From: Leptospiraceae bacterium
Lineage (GTDB): Bacteria > Spirochaetota > Leptospiria > Leptospirales > Leptonemataceae
Reading direction: 5' to 3'
NCBI GenBank assembly: GCA_040217195.1
Contig: JAVJNR010000004.1
Location: 64,001-128,000, forward strand
DNA length: 64,000 bases
Every line of letters starts with the position of its first letter. Within the stretch, counting starts at the first letter, position 1. Below the pieces are notes generated by a model. That model was not told where the DNA came from, searched no databases, and worked only from the letters and a program-made list of their open reading frames with translations. Both the position numbers and the translations under genes were made by a program. Below are positions 1-10,465 of the stretch, piece by piece.

Positions 1-460
1 GTCCTTCTCTTTCCAGAGCGGCTACGGAAAGCCCCATATAGGCAATGCCTGCTGTAGCCAACAAAGCCAGAACAATATCCAGTGAATACTCCTTCCACTC
101 CACAGACTCTTCCAGCCAGGGCTCTATAAGCGATGTCATAAGCGGATAGGTATGCATGGCTACCACAGCCAGTGCTATGGTAGATAGTCTTCCCGAATAA
201 AAAAACGTAATCCAGTGTGCTGCCAGCAATATGCCACTGGCAACAAGCATCCAGAGGTCCAGAGTCAACTGGCCTTCTTTCGCAAATCCCGAAAAAGAAG
301 ACCGTGAAATCTTTAGAAATAGAAACAATGCAGCACTGGCCACAACGCAGCGGGCCGCTATTACATAGGGCACAGGTGCATCGATCCATCGGCTAAAGAG
401 CAGAGCGCTACTCAATAGAACGTTGGCCATATGCAACTCCATTAGAGCCCTGTTACGCAT
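1..460 (-). CDS. DMT/EamA family transporter, 3' end outside the window
   Basis: Not in ORF track. Manual translation from ATG at 460 gives MRNRALMELHMANVLLSSALLFSRW...ARCVVA...GILLAAHWITFFYS...HTYPLMTSLIEPWL, a hydrophobic EamA-repeat pattern; frame is open to position 1. Confidence 0.85.
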   Translation of the reverse strand, partial: MRNRALMELHMANVLLSSALLFSRWIDAPVPYVIAARCVVASAALFLFLKISRSSFSGFAKEGQLTLDLWMLVASGILLAAHWITFFYSGRLSTIALAVVAMHTYPLMTSLIEPWLEESVEWKEYSLDIVLALLATAGIAYMGLSVAALEREG

Positions 461-534
461 GCAATGCCACAGGATGGAAGAAAGAGCTACGAGAAAAGTA
501 GAATACGAGAATGAATGTTACAGATTCATTTATG

Positions 535-1983
535 CTATTCCCCGGGATTGCTGATCAGGGAAGGCACCGTGCGAAGAATTATAGATACATCCATAAGAAA
601 GGACCAGTTCTCAATGTAATATATATCTGCCTGCACTCTCTTTTCGATGGAAGTATCTCCGCGCAGGCCTTGAATCTGGGCCCATCCAGTGATCCCGGAT
701 TTCACACTGTGTCTGCGCATATAGTGGTCATACTGGCTTTTGAACTGCTCCACGAAGTGCGGCCTTTCCGGCCGGGGCCCCACAACAGACATATCGCCCA
801 TAAAGACATTTATGAACTGAGGTAGCTCATCCATGGATGTTCTTCGAAGTAGCTTTCCAATTGCAGTTACTCGCTGATCCTGCGGTCCTCCCCAGGTAGT
901 ATCGGATAAGCTTTCATCCTGAACAACCATAGTCCTGAATTTGAAACAGCGAAACAGATTTCGGTCCAGGCCAACTCTTTGCTGTGCGAACAAGATTGGT
1001 CCAGGGGAGCTAAATTTTACCAGAAGAGCCAGAATTAGCCAGATAGGAAAGGTAAGCAATATAGCCAACGAAGAGAATGCCAGGTCAAAACTACGCTTAA
1101 GGAATCGATTGTAACCGTTCTTCAATGGAATGTCGCGCAATGTAAGCACGGGCATCCCATCCATATCTTCGATTCGCGCATGGCTGGTGATCAAATCCAC
1201 CATATCAGGCACAATTCTACAGTCGAACCCTTCCGAGTCGCAGAACTCGACTACCTTCTGAAGCCTTTTATGATCCTCCGAGAGTGCATAAACTATAATG
1301 TCCGGATTTAGTTGCCGGGCAAGAGACTCAAAACCTTTAATGGGTCCCAGTATGTGATTTGCTAGAGTTGGATGAGAATCCTTCTTATTTCCCACAACAC
1401 CAAGCACGCGATATCCATAGATCTGGTTTCTCATTACCTTTTCGTAGAATCTGAACGCAAGACGACCACTGCCAACGATAAGGATATTTCGGACCGAAAC
1501 TCCCTTCTGTCTCAGTCGCATCAAATAAAGTCTAAAAAGAAAATGTCCGGAACCGTGAAGCATCACGGAGAAAATGGCGGTGTAAAGGATGACCAGCCGG
1601 CTTAAACTGGCTCCCCTGTAGAAGAAAAGAAAAGCAAGTACAATAACAAGGTTCAAGAATACAGCTCTACCTATGAGAACAGTTTCGCGCACAGGATGTC
1701 TGGAGCGCGCCGGCTGGTAAATGTCCGTAACAATAAATACCAGCACCTGGGAAAGTGCAAATAGCAAACCGGGAAAGAAATAAGCGCTAAGTATTACATA
1801 TTGCTCCGGAAACAGTCCGGCCGGCGCAAAGAGTCCCTGATCATCCGGACTTACAAAGGCTCTTTTCTCCGGGTCTATAATATAGAAATGCAGGATGATC
1901 GCCAGACTGAACGACAATCCGGCCAGAATTGTATCCAGGACAATCAGCCCCAGCTTCATACTTTGGTTTCTTTCTCGAATCAT
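535..1983 (-). CDS. wcaJ: Undecaprenyl-phosphate sugar (glucose) phosphotransferase, WcaJ/WbaP family
   Basis: N-terminal TM helices, Rossmann-like ILIVGSG, C-terminal bacterial sugar transferase motifs KRSFD, FKFRTM, DELPQFINV, GDMSVVGPRPE, GITGWAQ. Confidence 0.9.
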   Translation of the reverse strand: MIRERNQSMKLGLIVLDTILAGLSFSLAIILHFYIIDPEKRAFVSPDDQGLFAPAGLFPEQYVILSAYFFPGLLFALSQVLVFIVTDIYQPARSRHPVRETVLIGRAVFLNLVIVLAFLFFYRGASLSRLVILYTAIFSVMLHGSGHFLFRLYLMRLRQKGVSVRNILIVGSGRLAFRFYEKVMRNQIYGYRVLGVVGNKKDSHPTLANHILGPIKGFESLARQLNPDIIVYALSEDHKRLQKVVEFCDSEGFDCRIVPDMVDLITSHARIEDMDGMPVLTLRDIPLKNGYNRFLKRSFDLAFSSLAILLTFPIWLILALLVKFSSPGPILFAQQRVGLDRNLFRCFKFRTMVVQDESLSDTTWGGPQDQRVTAIGKLLRRTSMDELPQFINVFMGDMSVVGPRPERPHFVEQFKSQYDHYMRRHSVKSGITGWAQIQGLRGDTSIEKRVQADIYYIENWSFLMDVSIILRTVPSLISNPGE

Positions 1984-2107
1984 TATGCTCTAACTTTGCT
2001 CAATTTCAGCGATTCAATCATTTGGAATCCGCCGACCTACCATCTATGATCTCAAACTCTCCTGCTTATGACAACCCATGACCATTCATGCAAGGCCCGG
2101 AAGAAAC

Positions 2108-5008
2108 TCAGGGACCCACCGAGGAGTACCCGCCACGTCCAATATCGGAAGGCCGGATTCTCTGTCGATTCAGGATGAAACGAGAAGGCCGGGAGGAAAT
2201 ATTGCCCACGTCAAATCGCAACAGTGTAAGTGAGAAAAATACTTTGTTATCGTAGAAATTCACTACTTCCACTGTGTTCAGCCCACCCAGGATGCTCCTT
2301 TGCTCCAGACGATAGCCCACTCGCATTTCCCAGTCATGCAAATCCATGATGAATGCAGTTTCAAAGAATCCTACATTGAATACAGCATTCTGGCGTGCCC
2401 TTTCCCCGGCCAGTCCTGTGCCGTTGAATACATCCGTGGTAAAGTTTACGGGCCTTTCTGATTCCGGTGTGTACAGACTTTGATTGGCCAGCGCATATCT
2501 GGGATCATGAGCGGCATTGTATCTGGCCGGATCCGTTGCCCTGGATTCCAGTTCCATTTCCCAGTATATGGTACGAGTGAGCTGAATGTCCATCTTTAGA
2601 TTGAAGCGCATATGATCCAGTGAGCGATCATAGTAAATATGGTACCAGTAGAAGCCCATCTCAAAGTAACGCAATCTTTCCAGGAGCCATAGATCGAATC
2701 CGCCGGTCTGAAAGTTAAGCCCAAAGATATTGGAATGATCCCTCTTGTTGATCGGATCGTAAACATAGTCGTTGGTAATATGCAGGTCCATGAAATGCCC
2801 GCGCCTTCTACTGAGTAGATTGTTACGATCAAATCCAAATGGATCGAAAAAATCGATTAAGATGTCTGTGCGAAATACAGGATAGTACCAGCGCTCCTCT
2901 GGTTTAATATCGTATTCATAGTCTTTCTGGTCATATATGCTGGTAACGCTAAAGGAAACGTCCTCCAGTGGATAGGACTCCAGAGAGACCTCTGTTTCAT
3001 TTACCTTCTGATTGTTCGTAAATCCTGTAAAATTTAGAGTGCCTCGATCCTTTAGCTCTTCCTTGAATGAATCCTTCCTTCGATAGATTGCACGAACAAA
3101 AAGCACATCCGGTCCCAGGGTTAATTCATCTTCGGTAAAATAGTACTGATAGCTATCTTTTTGCGCCTGTGCATCCAGAGCCTCATAGGCCTCTCCGGTG
3201 GGATTGTTTCCATACGGTAACGTTTTACGAGCCCCGTATCCAACTAAAGGCCTGAATGTAAAATAAGGATACCAGGAGACGTAGGTGCGAAATGCAGTTT
3301 TATACTCATTATGGTTTAGACTCTGATCAACAACGCCTGCTGAGTACTGCTTGGTTAAATCCGAAGACAGTGCATGATCCCAGTACACCGCCAGATCGAA
3401 CCAGGGATCTCGTCCCAGAAAAATATTCTTTTCCAGGTCCACCGCAGGAACAACGTCATAGGCCGGATAGTACCTGGAATCCTCGAATTTAACATCCTGA
3501 ATCCAAACCCGTCGACGGGAGGCCTGCACTCGAATAGAAAGATCATCTCTTTGATCACTATAGACCAGATTCCAGTCTGTATCGTTTCGAATTAAGCCTC
3601 GCCCGGCCTCTGAATTTTGATACAATGCAGGTATGGTACTTACAGGCTGATAGCGGCTTCCAAATTCATATTCGTAGGTATTGTAGGAGTAGTCTTCGTA
3701 ACGAATATTTAAAGTCTGTACTGAATTCTCGCGATAGTCTGCATTTCTCCAGTTTACGATTGCAAAAGCTTTGTACCATTTATAATATTCTTTTCCGTAT
3801 GTGCCATCGGAATGCTGTACCTGGTTGGTAACAGCAATCTGATCTCTTTGCCTGTAATCAGAAATGATTTCGTATCGTTTGAACCTGGCTGCTTCAAGAT
3901 CCAGAAAATAGTTTAGATTGGGACTGAAGCGAAACATCTCCAGCCCAAAGACTTCTCCTGTATTTTCATAATAGTCCGCTGTAATGCGGTATCCCATGGG
4001 AAGAAAACTGGAGGTAATTGCCTCGGGCACGCTGAACTGATATGTGTTCTGCCAGAAGAATCCCTGGACCTGGCTATGACCGAACTGTGAAATTATACCA
4101 GTGCCCCAGTCCGAAGCATACAGAAATGGCAACGGAAGAAGCGGCACTCCACCTACATAATAGAGCACTCCTGCAGCCGCCAGGGAGTCATCTTCATAAA
4201 GCCATACCCGACGGGCATAGAAATTATAATGAGGAGGCTCGGCCGCACAGCCGGTAAAGTACACATGACTTACACTCAGCTTTCCTTCGCTTAGCTGCCG
4301 AACATTCTCGCCAATGAAATGCACCGGATCTTTGTAACCGGATGCATTATACATGATCCCTGCACCCAGCCTTTGATCGTAGATAATTCGTTCTGCTCGA
4401 ATCAGGGCATCTTTGCTTTTATAGACTACATTTCCCTCTGCATAGACTTCTTTTCGCTTCGAGTCTACAATGACCAGATCGGCAAGAAAATAGCCGTCCC
4501 CTACCCGGACTCGAATGCGGCCTCTCAGTTTAAGCAATCCACGAGAATCCTCTTCGCCCCGGATGTATTCCCCTTCCGCCGCATTCTCAATCATGATTCG
4601 GCCCGGGTTGCTTTTCTCGGCCAGGTTGGGAGGTTCCTGCAGCCCCAGGTGAACTTTCAGCCGATCCTTTTTCTGTTCCAGAGTTCCTTCTGTGGAAAGC
4701 CCTTCTTTTTCCAGAAGGGCATCAATTCCCTCTTCACCAAGGTTCTCCAGCCCGGACTCAAGCAGCGTTTTTTCCAGTTCAGACCTTTCCCTTCGGACAT
4801 CTTGTCCGTTAATTAGATCTTGAAAGCGCTGCAGCTTTTCGGCTTGCTCTGGATCCAGTCCAGGAGGGAGTTCGGATGACTCAGGATTGGGAACAGGTTG
4901 AGCCAGAAGCGGTGTAAAACCAAGGATCAGGCCCAGAAGCAGGGCCAGAATCCGGAATGGATACTGGTTCCCTGAACTATGTCTTTTAATGGGATTCCGG
5001 GCTGTCAC
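2108..5008 (-). CDS. lptD: LPS-assembly outer-membrane protein LptD
   Basis: Signal peptide; OstA-like N-domain (VYAEGNVVY, AERIIYD, FTGC...PHY); long aromatic-rich beta-barrel region. Confidence 0.8.
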   Translation of the reverse strand: MTARNPIKRHSSGNQYPFRILALLLGLILGFTPLLAQPVPNPESSELPPGLDPEQAEKLQRFQDLINGQDVRRERSELEKTLLESGLENLGEEGIDALLEKEGLSTEGTLEQKKDRLKVHLGLQEPPNLAEKSNPGRIMIENAAEGEYIRGEEDSRGLLKLRGRIRVRVGDGYFLADLVIVDSKRKEVYAEGNVVYKSKDALIRAERIIYDQRLGAGIMYNASGYKDPVHFIGENVRQLSEGKLSVSHVYFTGCAAEPPHYNFYARRVWLYEDDSLAAAGVLYYVGGVPLLPLPFLYASDWGTGIISQFGHSQVQGFFWQNTYQFSVPEAITSSFLPMGYRITADYYENTGEVFGLEMFRFSPNLNYFLDLEAARFKRYEIISDYRQRDQIAVTNQVQHSDGTYGKEYYKWYKAFAIVNWRNADYRENSVQTLNIRYEDYSYNTYEYEFGSRYQPVSTIPALYQNSEAGRGLIRNDTDWNLVYSDQRDDLSIRVQASRRRVWIQDVKFEDSRYYPAYDVVPAVDLEKNIFLGRDPWFDLAVYWDHALSSDLTKQYSAGVVDQSLNHNEYKTAFRTYVSWYPYFTFRPLVGYGARKTLPYGNNPTGEAYEALDAQAQKDSYQYYFTEDELTLGPDVLFVRAIYRRKDSFKEELKDRGTLNFTGFTNNQKVNETEVSLESYPLEDVSFSVTSIYDQKDYEYDIKPEERWYYPVFRTDILIDFFDPFGFDRNNLLSRRRGHFMDLHITNDYVYDPINKRDHSNIFGLNFQTGGFDLWLLERLRYFEMGFYWYHIYYDRSLDHMRFNLKMDIQLTRTIYWEMELESRATDPARYNAAHDPRYALANQSLYTPESERPVNFTTDVFNGTGLAGERARQNAVFNVGFFETAFIMDLHDWEMRVGYRLEQRSILGGLNTVEVVNFYDNKVFFSLTLLRFDVGNISSRPSRFILNRQRIRPSDIGRGGYSSVGP

Positions 5009-5068
5009 ACCTGTCTCCGAAAGGTCTTGATTTCTCGTGCTGGCCTTTCCGTAAAGTAGAACTGACTT

Positions 5069-6850
5069 ATGCTAATACTCGATTTCTATGTGGATGAACC
5101 GGCCTGCTTCGGAGTTCCACCCTATTTATCACCGTACTGCCGCTATGCGGCCGGAGCCCTGGTGGCCGGTGGAATTCCACAGGAAAAGATCCAGTATCTA
5201 ACCGTGGACCAGTGGCGCAACCAGGGAAAATCCCTTTCCGATGACCATGAATTAATACTTCTCATTGCTGGAACTACGGTTCCAGGAAAATACCTGGGTG
5301 GCCGCATTGGAACGGTGGCCGAGGTGCTGGAATTCATTCGCATCCAGAAAAAAGAAGATCCATCCTCCACTATCCTGCTGGGAGGACCCATACGATATGC
5401 AGACAAAGAAATCCAGGATGAAATTCGAGAGCTGGGAGCATATTTAATTCGCGGTGATCTGGAACTGTATGCGGAGCGGCTGGCAGCCCATCCAGGTTCC
5501 ATTCGAGACGGGGCCAGAGAAATCCTGGAGAATGCCCGTTATCCCGTGTATTCTGCCAAAAGGAACTATGAACAGGTGGACCGATACGCCACAGCCGGAG
5601 CGTTTCTAACGGATCTACATCCCAATCGGCCTTATTTGATTTTAGAACTGGAAACCTACCGTGGCTGCACCCGGGATATATTCTGTAGTTTCTGCACCGA
5701 GGCTTTCTATGGAAAGCCAGAGTTTCGCCAGCTTCCAGGAATCCTGGATGAAGTGCAGGAACTCTATCGAATGGGTAATCGCTATTTCAGGCTGGGACGG
5801 CAGGCCGATTTGATGACTTATTTGCCAGACATGAACGACTTTCAGAATTCTTTTCCCAGACCAGTGCCAGATAGCCTGGAACAACTGTACTCAGGAATTC
5901 GAACAGTAGCTCCGGATCTTAAACTTTTGCACCTGGATAATATAAACCCTGGTTTGATTTCTACATTTCCAGAGGAATCAAGAAAGATTATCGAAATCAT
6001 CTGCAAATATAACACAGCTGGAGATACGGCTGCGATGGGTATGGAAAGTGCGGATCCGGTAGTTATTCAAAAGAACGATCTAAAAGCCAGCCCCGATGAG
6101 ATCAAGAAAGCAATAGAGATTGTGAATGAATTTGGAGCCAGGCGCGAACAGGGACTTCCCAGACTATTACCCGGGCTCAATTTGCTTCATGGACTGGCCG
6201 GAGAATCGGAAAAGACCTTTGAGTATAATTACAAATTCCTGAAGGATATTCTGGATTCCGGTCTTCTATTGAGAAGAATCAACATCAGACAAACTGTAAC
6301 CTACAAGAATACTCGATTGGACCGTATGCAGCGAACAGGCGAGAGCAAACGTCCCGGCAAGTCGCAGAGAATTCATCAGAGATTTCTTTATTACCGTGAC
6401 CGCATCCGAAAAGATATAGATCATGCATTTCTATTGAAGAATTTTCCTGTGGGCACACTGGTTCGAGAAGTAATCCTGGAATCTACGAATGAAGGCTACT
6501 ACCTGGGCCGCCCCCTGGGCTCCTACCCCGTTACTGTTAAAATACCTCTGGATGATAGACAGGCAGCCAGATTTTATGAGAACCGAACCCCTTTGACCTG
6601 TTTCGTCACCGGAGCCGAAGAGAGATCCATTCGGGCTCTTTGTTTTCCGCTTAGATTAGATTCCATGGGATCCATAGCATTTTCCCAGATTCCCGGTCTG
6701 GGAAAAAAATCTGCATCCAGACTATTTGCTGAACTGGGGCAGCGCAAAGGCGGTCAGGAGCTGGACCTGCGAAACTGGCTAAAAGCAGAAGGTGCAAGGC
6801 TGGAGCCAGCGGGCGAAGGGTCTTCTGCTCCAGAATTGCTGAATCGTTAG
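5069..6850 (+). CDS. Radical SAM protein with C-terminal TRAM-like and helix-hairpin-helix regions (COG1031-like)
   Basis: N-terminal ILDFYVDEPACFGVPPYLSPY; ELETYRGCTRDIFCSFC (CX5CX2C); YFRLGRQAD; HLDNINP; RRINIRQ; HhH-like QIPGLGKKSA. Confidence 0.85.
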   Translation: MLILDFYVDEPACFGVPPYLSPYCRYAAGALVAGGIPQEKIQYLTVDQWRNQGKSLSDDHELILLIAGTTVPGKYLGGRIGTVAEVLEFIRIQKKEDPSSTILLGGPIRYADKEIQDEIRELGAYLIRGDLELYAERLAAHPGSIRDGAREILENARYPVYSAKRNYEQVDRYATAGAFLTDLHPNRPYLILELETYRGCTRDIFCSFCTEAFYGKPEFRQLPGILDEVQELYRMGNRYFRLGRQADLMTYLPDMNDFQNSFPRPVPDSLEQLYSGIRTVAPDLKLLHLDNINPGLISTFPEESRKIIEIICKYNTAGDTAAMGMESADPVVIQKNDLKASPDEIKKAIEIVNEFGARREQGLPRLLPGLNLLHGLAGESEKTFEYNYKFLKDILDSGLLLRRINIRQTVTYKNTRLDRMQRTGESKRPGKSQRIHQRFLYYRDRIRKDIDHAFLLKNFPVGTLVREVILESTNEGYYLGRPLGSYPVTVKIPLDDRQAARFYENRTPLTCFVTGAEERSIRALCFPLRLDSMGSIAFSQIPGLGKKSASRLFAELGQRKGGQELDLRNWLKAEGARLEPAGEGSSAPELLNR

Positions 6851-6950
6851 TTTACGACTTAGGATTCACTGATTGGATCCGTAAGTATGGGACCGACTTT
6901 TTTCGGGGATTACAGCCGACCCGGAGCTGAATTGACCTGATTTCCCTGGT

Positions 6951-7973
6951 CTAGTGATCCCGTAATATCTGCTGGATGCTGGTAATTACTTCCTGCAGAC
7001 CTCCAGGGACATCTCCTGTTCGATCCTTGTAATTTTCCTCGGATTTAAGGCAGTCCATCAAGATCCTTGGTAATTCCGGGCTGTAACGTCCTTCATCCTG
7101 GACCAACCAGTGAAGGATTTCAGGATACAGTTCTCTTCTAAGCAGGATTCGCACAGTAAAGAACGGTCCCAGGGCCGAAAAGCTGGCAGCCCATGATATG
7201 GATCCTTCTCGATAGGTTCCTTCGGAGGAGACCTCGGCCGATTCTAACTTTTGCAGTTGATCTTTTTCAAACTCCTTCCAGATAGGAGAATCCTCGGCTC
7301 GGCGGGAGGAAGGAGGTTCCGGAAAGCTATGTTTGTTTCCTTCTGCTACTGCTGCATCCGAAACGTTAGCTTCCAGGGTTTCTAGCCTTTTGAGGATTCT
7401 TCTTTCCAGCACTTCATGAAACTGGCTGGTCCCAAACATCTCAAATTGCTCCATCTTGGACTGCACCTGCCGAATAGCCAGGTATAGCCTGATTAGCTTT
7501 CCTTCCAGGTTACCTTCGAGTACAGTCACATTATCGAGAAAATAATCGCCGTACTTCTGCACAGCCTGCTCAGGGTTGGCATTCATACTGAGCAGGCCAT
7601 TTAACTGTCTGCGAATCCTTTCCTCGAGAATAGAAAGAACTTCATCGTTTGCGACAATGTAACCTTCGGTCTTACGATTTATCTCATAAGAAGCGGACTC
7701 CAGGCGAATCCGCATCAGGCGAAAACAATGGACTTCAAAGTTTAATAACTGTCTAGCTTGAAAGGGTTTACATCCGAATGACCGGCTGAGCTCGTCTTCG
7801 TCCGGAATGCCCTGGAAGATGGACTCCCCGGAATTGCTTGTCCACTCTATATTGGCGCTACTTACGGCCTTCACCGGCCTGGCAGAAGCCCTTAAGTTTT
7901 CGAAATTTTTGAGCGAACCACCCTCCAGCTCTGGCAAAGGAACATCCACAATACAATTCAAATACTCATCCAT
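6951..7973 (-). CDS. Hypothetical protein, helical
   Basis: 340-aa ORF filling the gap between the radical SAM gene and xth; no motif recognised. Confidence 0.65.
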   Translation of the reverse strand: MDEYLNCIVDVPLPELEGGSLKNFENLRASARPVKAVSSANIEWTSNSGESIFQGIPDEDELSRSFGCKPFQARQLLNFEVHCFRLMRIRLESASYEINRKTEGYIVANDEVLSILEERIRRQLNGLLSMNANPEQAVQKYGDYFLDNVTVLEGNLEGKLIRLYLAIRQVQSKMEQFEMFGTSQFHEVLERRILKRLETLEANVSDAAVAEGNKHSFPEPPSSRRAEDSPIWKEFEKDQLQKLESAEVSSEGTYREGSISWAASFSALGPFFTVRILLRRELYPEILHWLVQDEGRYSPELPRILMDCLKSEENYKDRTGDVPGGLQEVITSIQQILRDH

Positions 7974-8112
7974 AAACTCAAGACTCCAGATTACTGAATC
8001 TACTTAGGAAAAGTAATAAAAAAATCTGGATCTGACTCGCATGATTGTGCAAATTGCATGGAAATGCGATCCCGGGAGTCTGAGCAGGAACTTTTTCTGG
8101 AAATCAAAAATC

Positions 8113-9126
8113 CTATTTGCGGGCCAGTTCCAGCCCCACCGGGCAATGGTCGCTGCCCATCACATCCATTCGATTGAATGCATTCTTGACCAGAGGCATG
8201 GTCTCCTCGGTTACAAAGAAGTAATCGATTCTCCATCCTACGTTGCGGTCTCTGGCTCGGGTGATCTGATCCCAGTATGTGTACTGTCCGGGCTCTTGAT
8301 TGAATTTTCGAAACACATCTACATAGCCCATGTCCACTATACGATCCAGAAACTCTCTTTCTTCTGGTAAAAACCCGGATGTCTTCTGATTCTCCTTTGG
8401 CCGGGCAAGATCTATTTCTTTATGGGCCGTATTGTAGTCTCCACATATGATGAGAGGTCGGCCCTGCTTTCTGGTTTCCTCCCAGATCTGTAAACAATGA
8501 TCATAGAATTCCAGCTTATATTTCACTCGCTCCGGGCCCCGGCCCCCGTTGGGAAAGTAAACGTTCCATAGAACAAAATCATCCAGTTCTGTAATTACTA
8601 CCCGGCCTTCATCGTTGAAATTTCGGCTCTTATCATCTATCGGAAACCCGGAGTAGGACTGACGCACAGGCAATGAGGAAAAAGTAGCCACACCGCTGTA
8701 GCCCTTCTTTTCGGCCACATGCCAGTGGGATTCATAGGGTTTTAGATCCAGGATAGGTCGGGTCTTTTTTTCATCCTGAAGCTGTTCGATGGTAGCTCTG
8801 GTCTCTTGAAGACAGAAAATATCCGGGGCTTCTTCCTTCACCCAGTCAAAGAAGCCTTTTTTGATATTCGCTCGAATACCGTTCACATTCCAGGAATAGA
8901 TGCGAATAGTATCCCTTACTGGTATGTGTATTTCCAGAGAACTCTCCGCCTGAACGGGGGTTCCGGATTTAGGTGTCGCTTTTTTTGCAGTCTTCGCCGC
9001 GGTTTTCCTGGCTACAGATTTCTTGCCTGCAGACTTCTTTGAAGAGATTGCTGAACTCTTTTTCGCGACTTTCTTTTTTGCCTGAGCGGTCTTTTTCGCA
9101 GGTTTGGAGGATTTACTGGTGGCCAT
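8113..9126 (-). CDS. xth: Exodeoxyribonuclease III (AP endonuclease) with Lys/Ala-rich N-terminal extension
   Basis: SWNVNGIRA, PDIFCLQET, KKGYSGVA, NVYFPNG, GDYNTAH, GWRIDYF, GSDHCPV. Confidence 0.95.
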   Translation of the reverse strand: MATSKSSKPAKKTAQAKKKVAKKSSAISSKKSAGKKSVARKTAAKTAKKATPKSGTPVQAESSLEIHIPVRDTIRIYSWNVNGIRANIKKGFFDWVKEEAPDIFCLQETRATIEQLQDEKKTRPILDLKPYESHWHVAEKKGYSGVATFSSLPVRQSYSGFPIDDKSRNFNDEGRVVITELDDFVLWNVYFPNGGRGPERVKYKLEFYDHCLQIWEETRKQGRPLIICGDYNTAHKEIDLARPKENQKTSGFLPEEREFLDRIVDMGYVDVFRKFNQEPGQYTYWDQITRARDRNVGWRIDYFFVTEETMPLVKNAFNRMDVMGSDHCPVGLELARK

Positions 9127-9162
9127 GAATACATTTCAGAATAGGGCCCCCGGGGAATAAAT

Positions 9163-9189
9163 AAAAAAACCCCGCAATTTCTTGCGGGG
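9163..9189 (-). terminator. Intrinsic terminator after flaB
   Basis: Minus strand CCCCGCAA-GAAA-TTGCGGGG followed by T7. Confidence 0.9.
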
Positions 9190-9219
9190 CTATGCCATTT
9201 ATGGCAGTTGATTCTGCTT

Positions 9220-10065
9220 TTATCGGAGCAGCTGCAGAACGCCCTGAGGTCTCAGGTTGGCTTGAGCCAGCATGGCTGTACCACTTTGAACCAGTATCTG
9301 GTTCTTGGTAAAATCCACAGACTCTTCTGCCATGTCCACATCGCGGATTCTGGATTCGGAAGCCTGAGTATTCTCATAAGCTACCATCAGTCCTTTGGCC
9401 GCATGCTCCAGTCTATTGAAATAGGCACCCATGTCCGCGCGCTGTTTGTTAATTCTGTTTAGCGCGTCGTCCAGAACACCAATCGAATCATTCGCGAACT
9501 CCGCCGTTGAAAGTGTAAGAAGAGTGCCATCGCCCCTTCGCAGATTCAGAGCCTGAGCAGTCATAGTCTGCACATATACTCGCTCTCTCTGGTGCTGGTT
9601 CGGTCCAATGTGAAACCACATGGAGGAAACCCGTGAGCCGCGAGCAAAGTCTCCCTGCAGCAGGTTCATTTTATTGAATTCTGCCTGGGAAGCAATACGG
9701 TCCACTTCATCAATCAACTGAGATACCTCTACCTGAATCATTTGACGATCCATGGCGGTGTAGATACCGTTAGAAGACTGGATGGCCAGCTGTCGAATTC
9801 GCTGAACAATGTCAGCAACTTCAGCCAGATATCCTTCAGTGGTCTGAATCAGAGACATACCATCTTCCGTATTGCGTTCGGCCTGACGAAGTCCTCGGAT
9901 CTGTGCACGCATCTTTTCAGACACAGCCAGACCAGAAGCATCATCACCGGCGCGATTGATTCGCATACCAGAAGACAGCTTTTCCATGTTGCGATCAACG
10001 TCCCAGTGCTGAAATTTCAGCGTACGGTGCGAGTTGATCGCAGACAAATTGTGGTTAATAATCAT
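9220..10065 (-). CDS. flaB: Periplasmic flagellar core flagellin FlaB
   Basis: [60 protein letters not shown]; 281 aa is typical of spirochaete FlaB; SD GGAGG upstream. Confidence 0.97.
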   Translation of the reverse strand: MIINHNLSAINSHRTLKFQHWDVDRNMEKLSSGMRINRAGDDASGLAVSEKMRAQIRGLRQAERNTEDGMSLIQTTEGYLAEVADIVQRIRQLAIQSSNGIYTAMDRQMIQVEVSQLIDEVDRIASQAEFNKMNLLQGDFARGSRVSSMWFHIGPNQHQRERVYVQTMTAQALNLRRGDGTLLTLSTAEFANDSIGVLDDALNRINKQRADMGAYFNRLEHAAKGLMVAYENTQASESRIRDVDMAEESVDFTKNQILVQSGTAMLAQANLRPQGVLQLLR

Positions 10066-10094
10066 AGAAGTTTCCTCCGTGAAAGTTCGAGCTC

Positions 10095-10121
10095 ATGAGG
10101 AGGTCATCCTTTCCCTCCCAT
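10095..10121 (-). promoter_or_regulatory. Putative CsrA-binding hairpin in flaB leader
   Basis: Minus strand ATGGGAGG-GAAAGGATGA-CCTCCTCAT: stem with AAGGA in the loop; a second GGA overlaps the SD (ACGGAGG). Confidence 0.55.
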
Positions 10122-10196
10122 TACGACGGGCTCACTTAATGCTTCGTCGAAAAGGGAGTCGGAAATTAGGTTCAGGTTCAATTTTTTGGACCCGGT

Positions 10197-10224
10197 TTTT
10201 CGGAAAGCGAACAAAACTGCTTTA
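10197..10224 (-). promoter_or_regulatory. Putative sigma-28 (FliA) promoter of flaB
   Basis: Minus strand TAAA-N16-TCCGAAAA, similar to consensus TAAA-N15/16-GCCGATAA, upstream of a flagellin gene. Confidence 0.55.
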
Positions 10225-10465
10225 ACTTTTTTCGGTCTGGCAGTGTAATTTTTTCCCGCAAGATCTAAAGTTGTAATTATTTAGCAAATGGGTAATTGGA
10301 GGCCGAAAGAAGAATTGAGAATCTGGAGCAGTCCCGTTTTCGGCAATGCAGGTAGCGGAGACTTGAGTGCTACAGGATTTTTTTCTAAGCCGGAGATCAG
10401 AAAGGAAGTAGAGCTACATACCGGAATGATGGCTTCTGCTTCCGAAGCGCAGCTCTTGAATATTT

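Noticed and set aside
10226..10465. Long fliN-flaB intergenic region as a possible ncRNA or 61-aa ORF
   Set aside because: No recognisable RNA family, stable structure or coding signal by eye.
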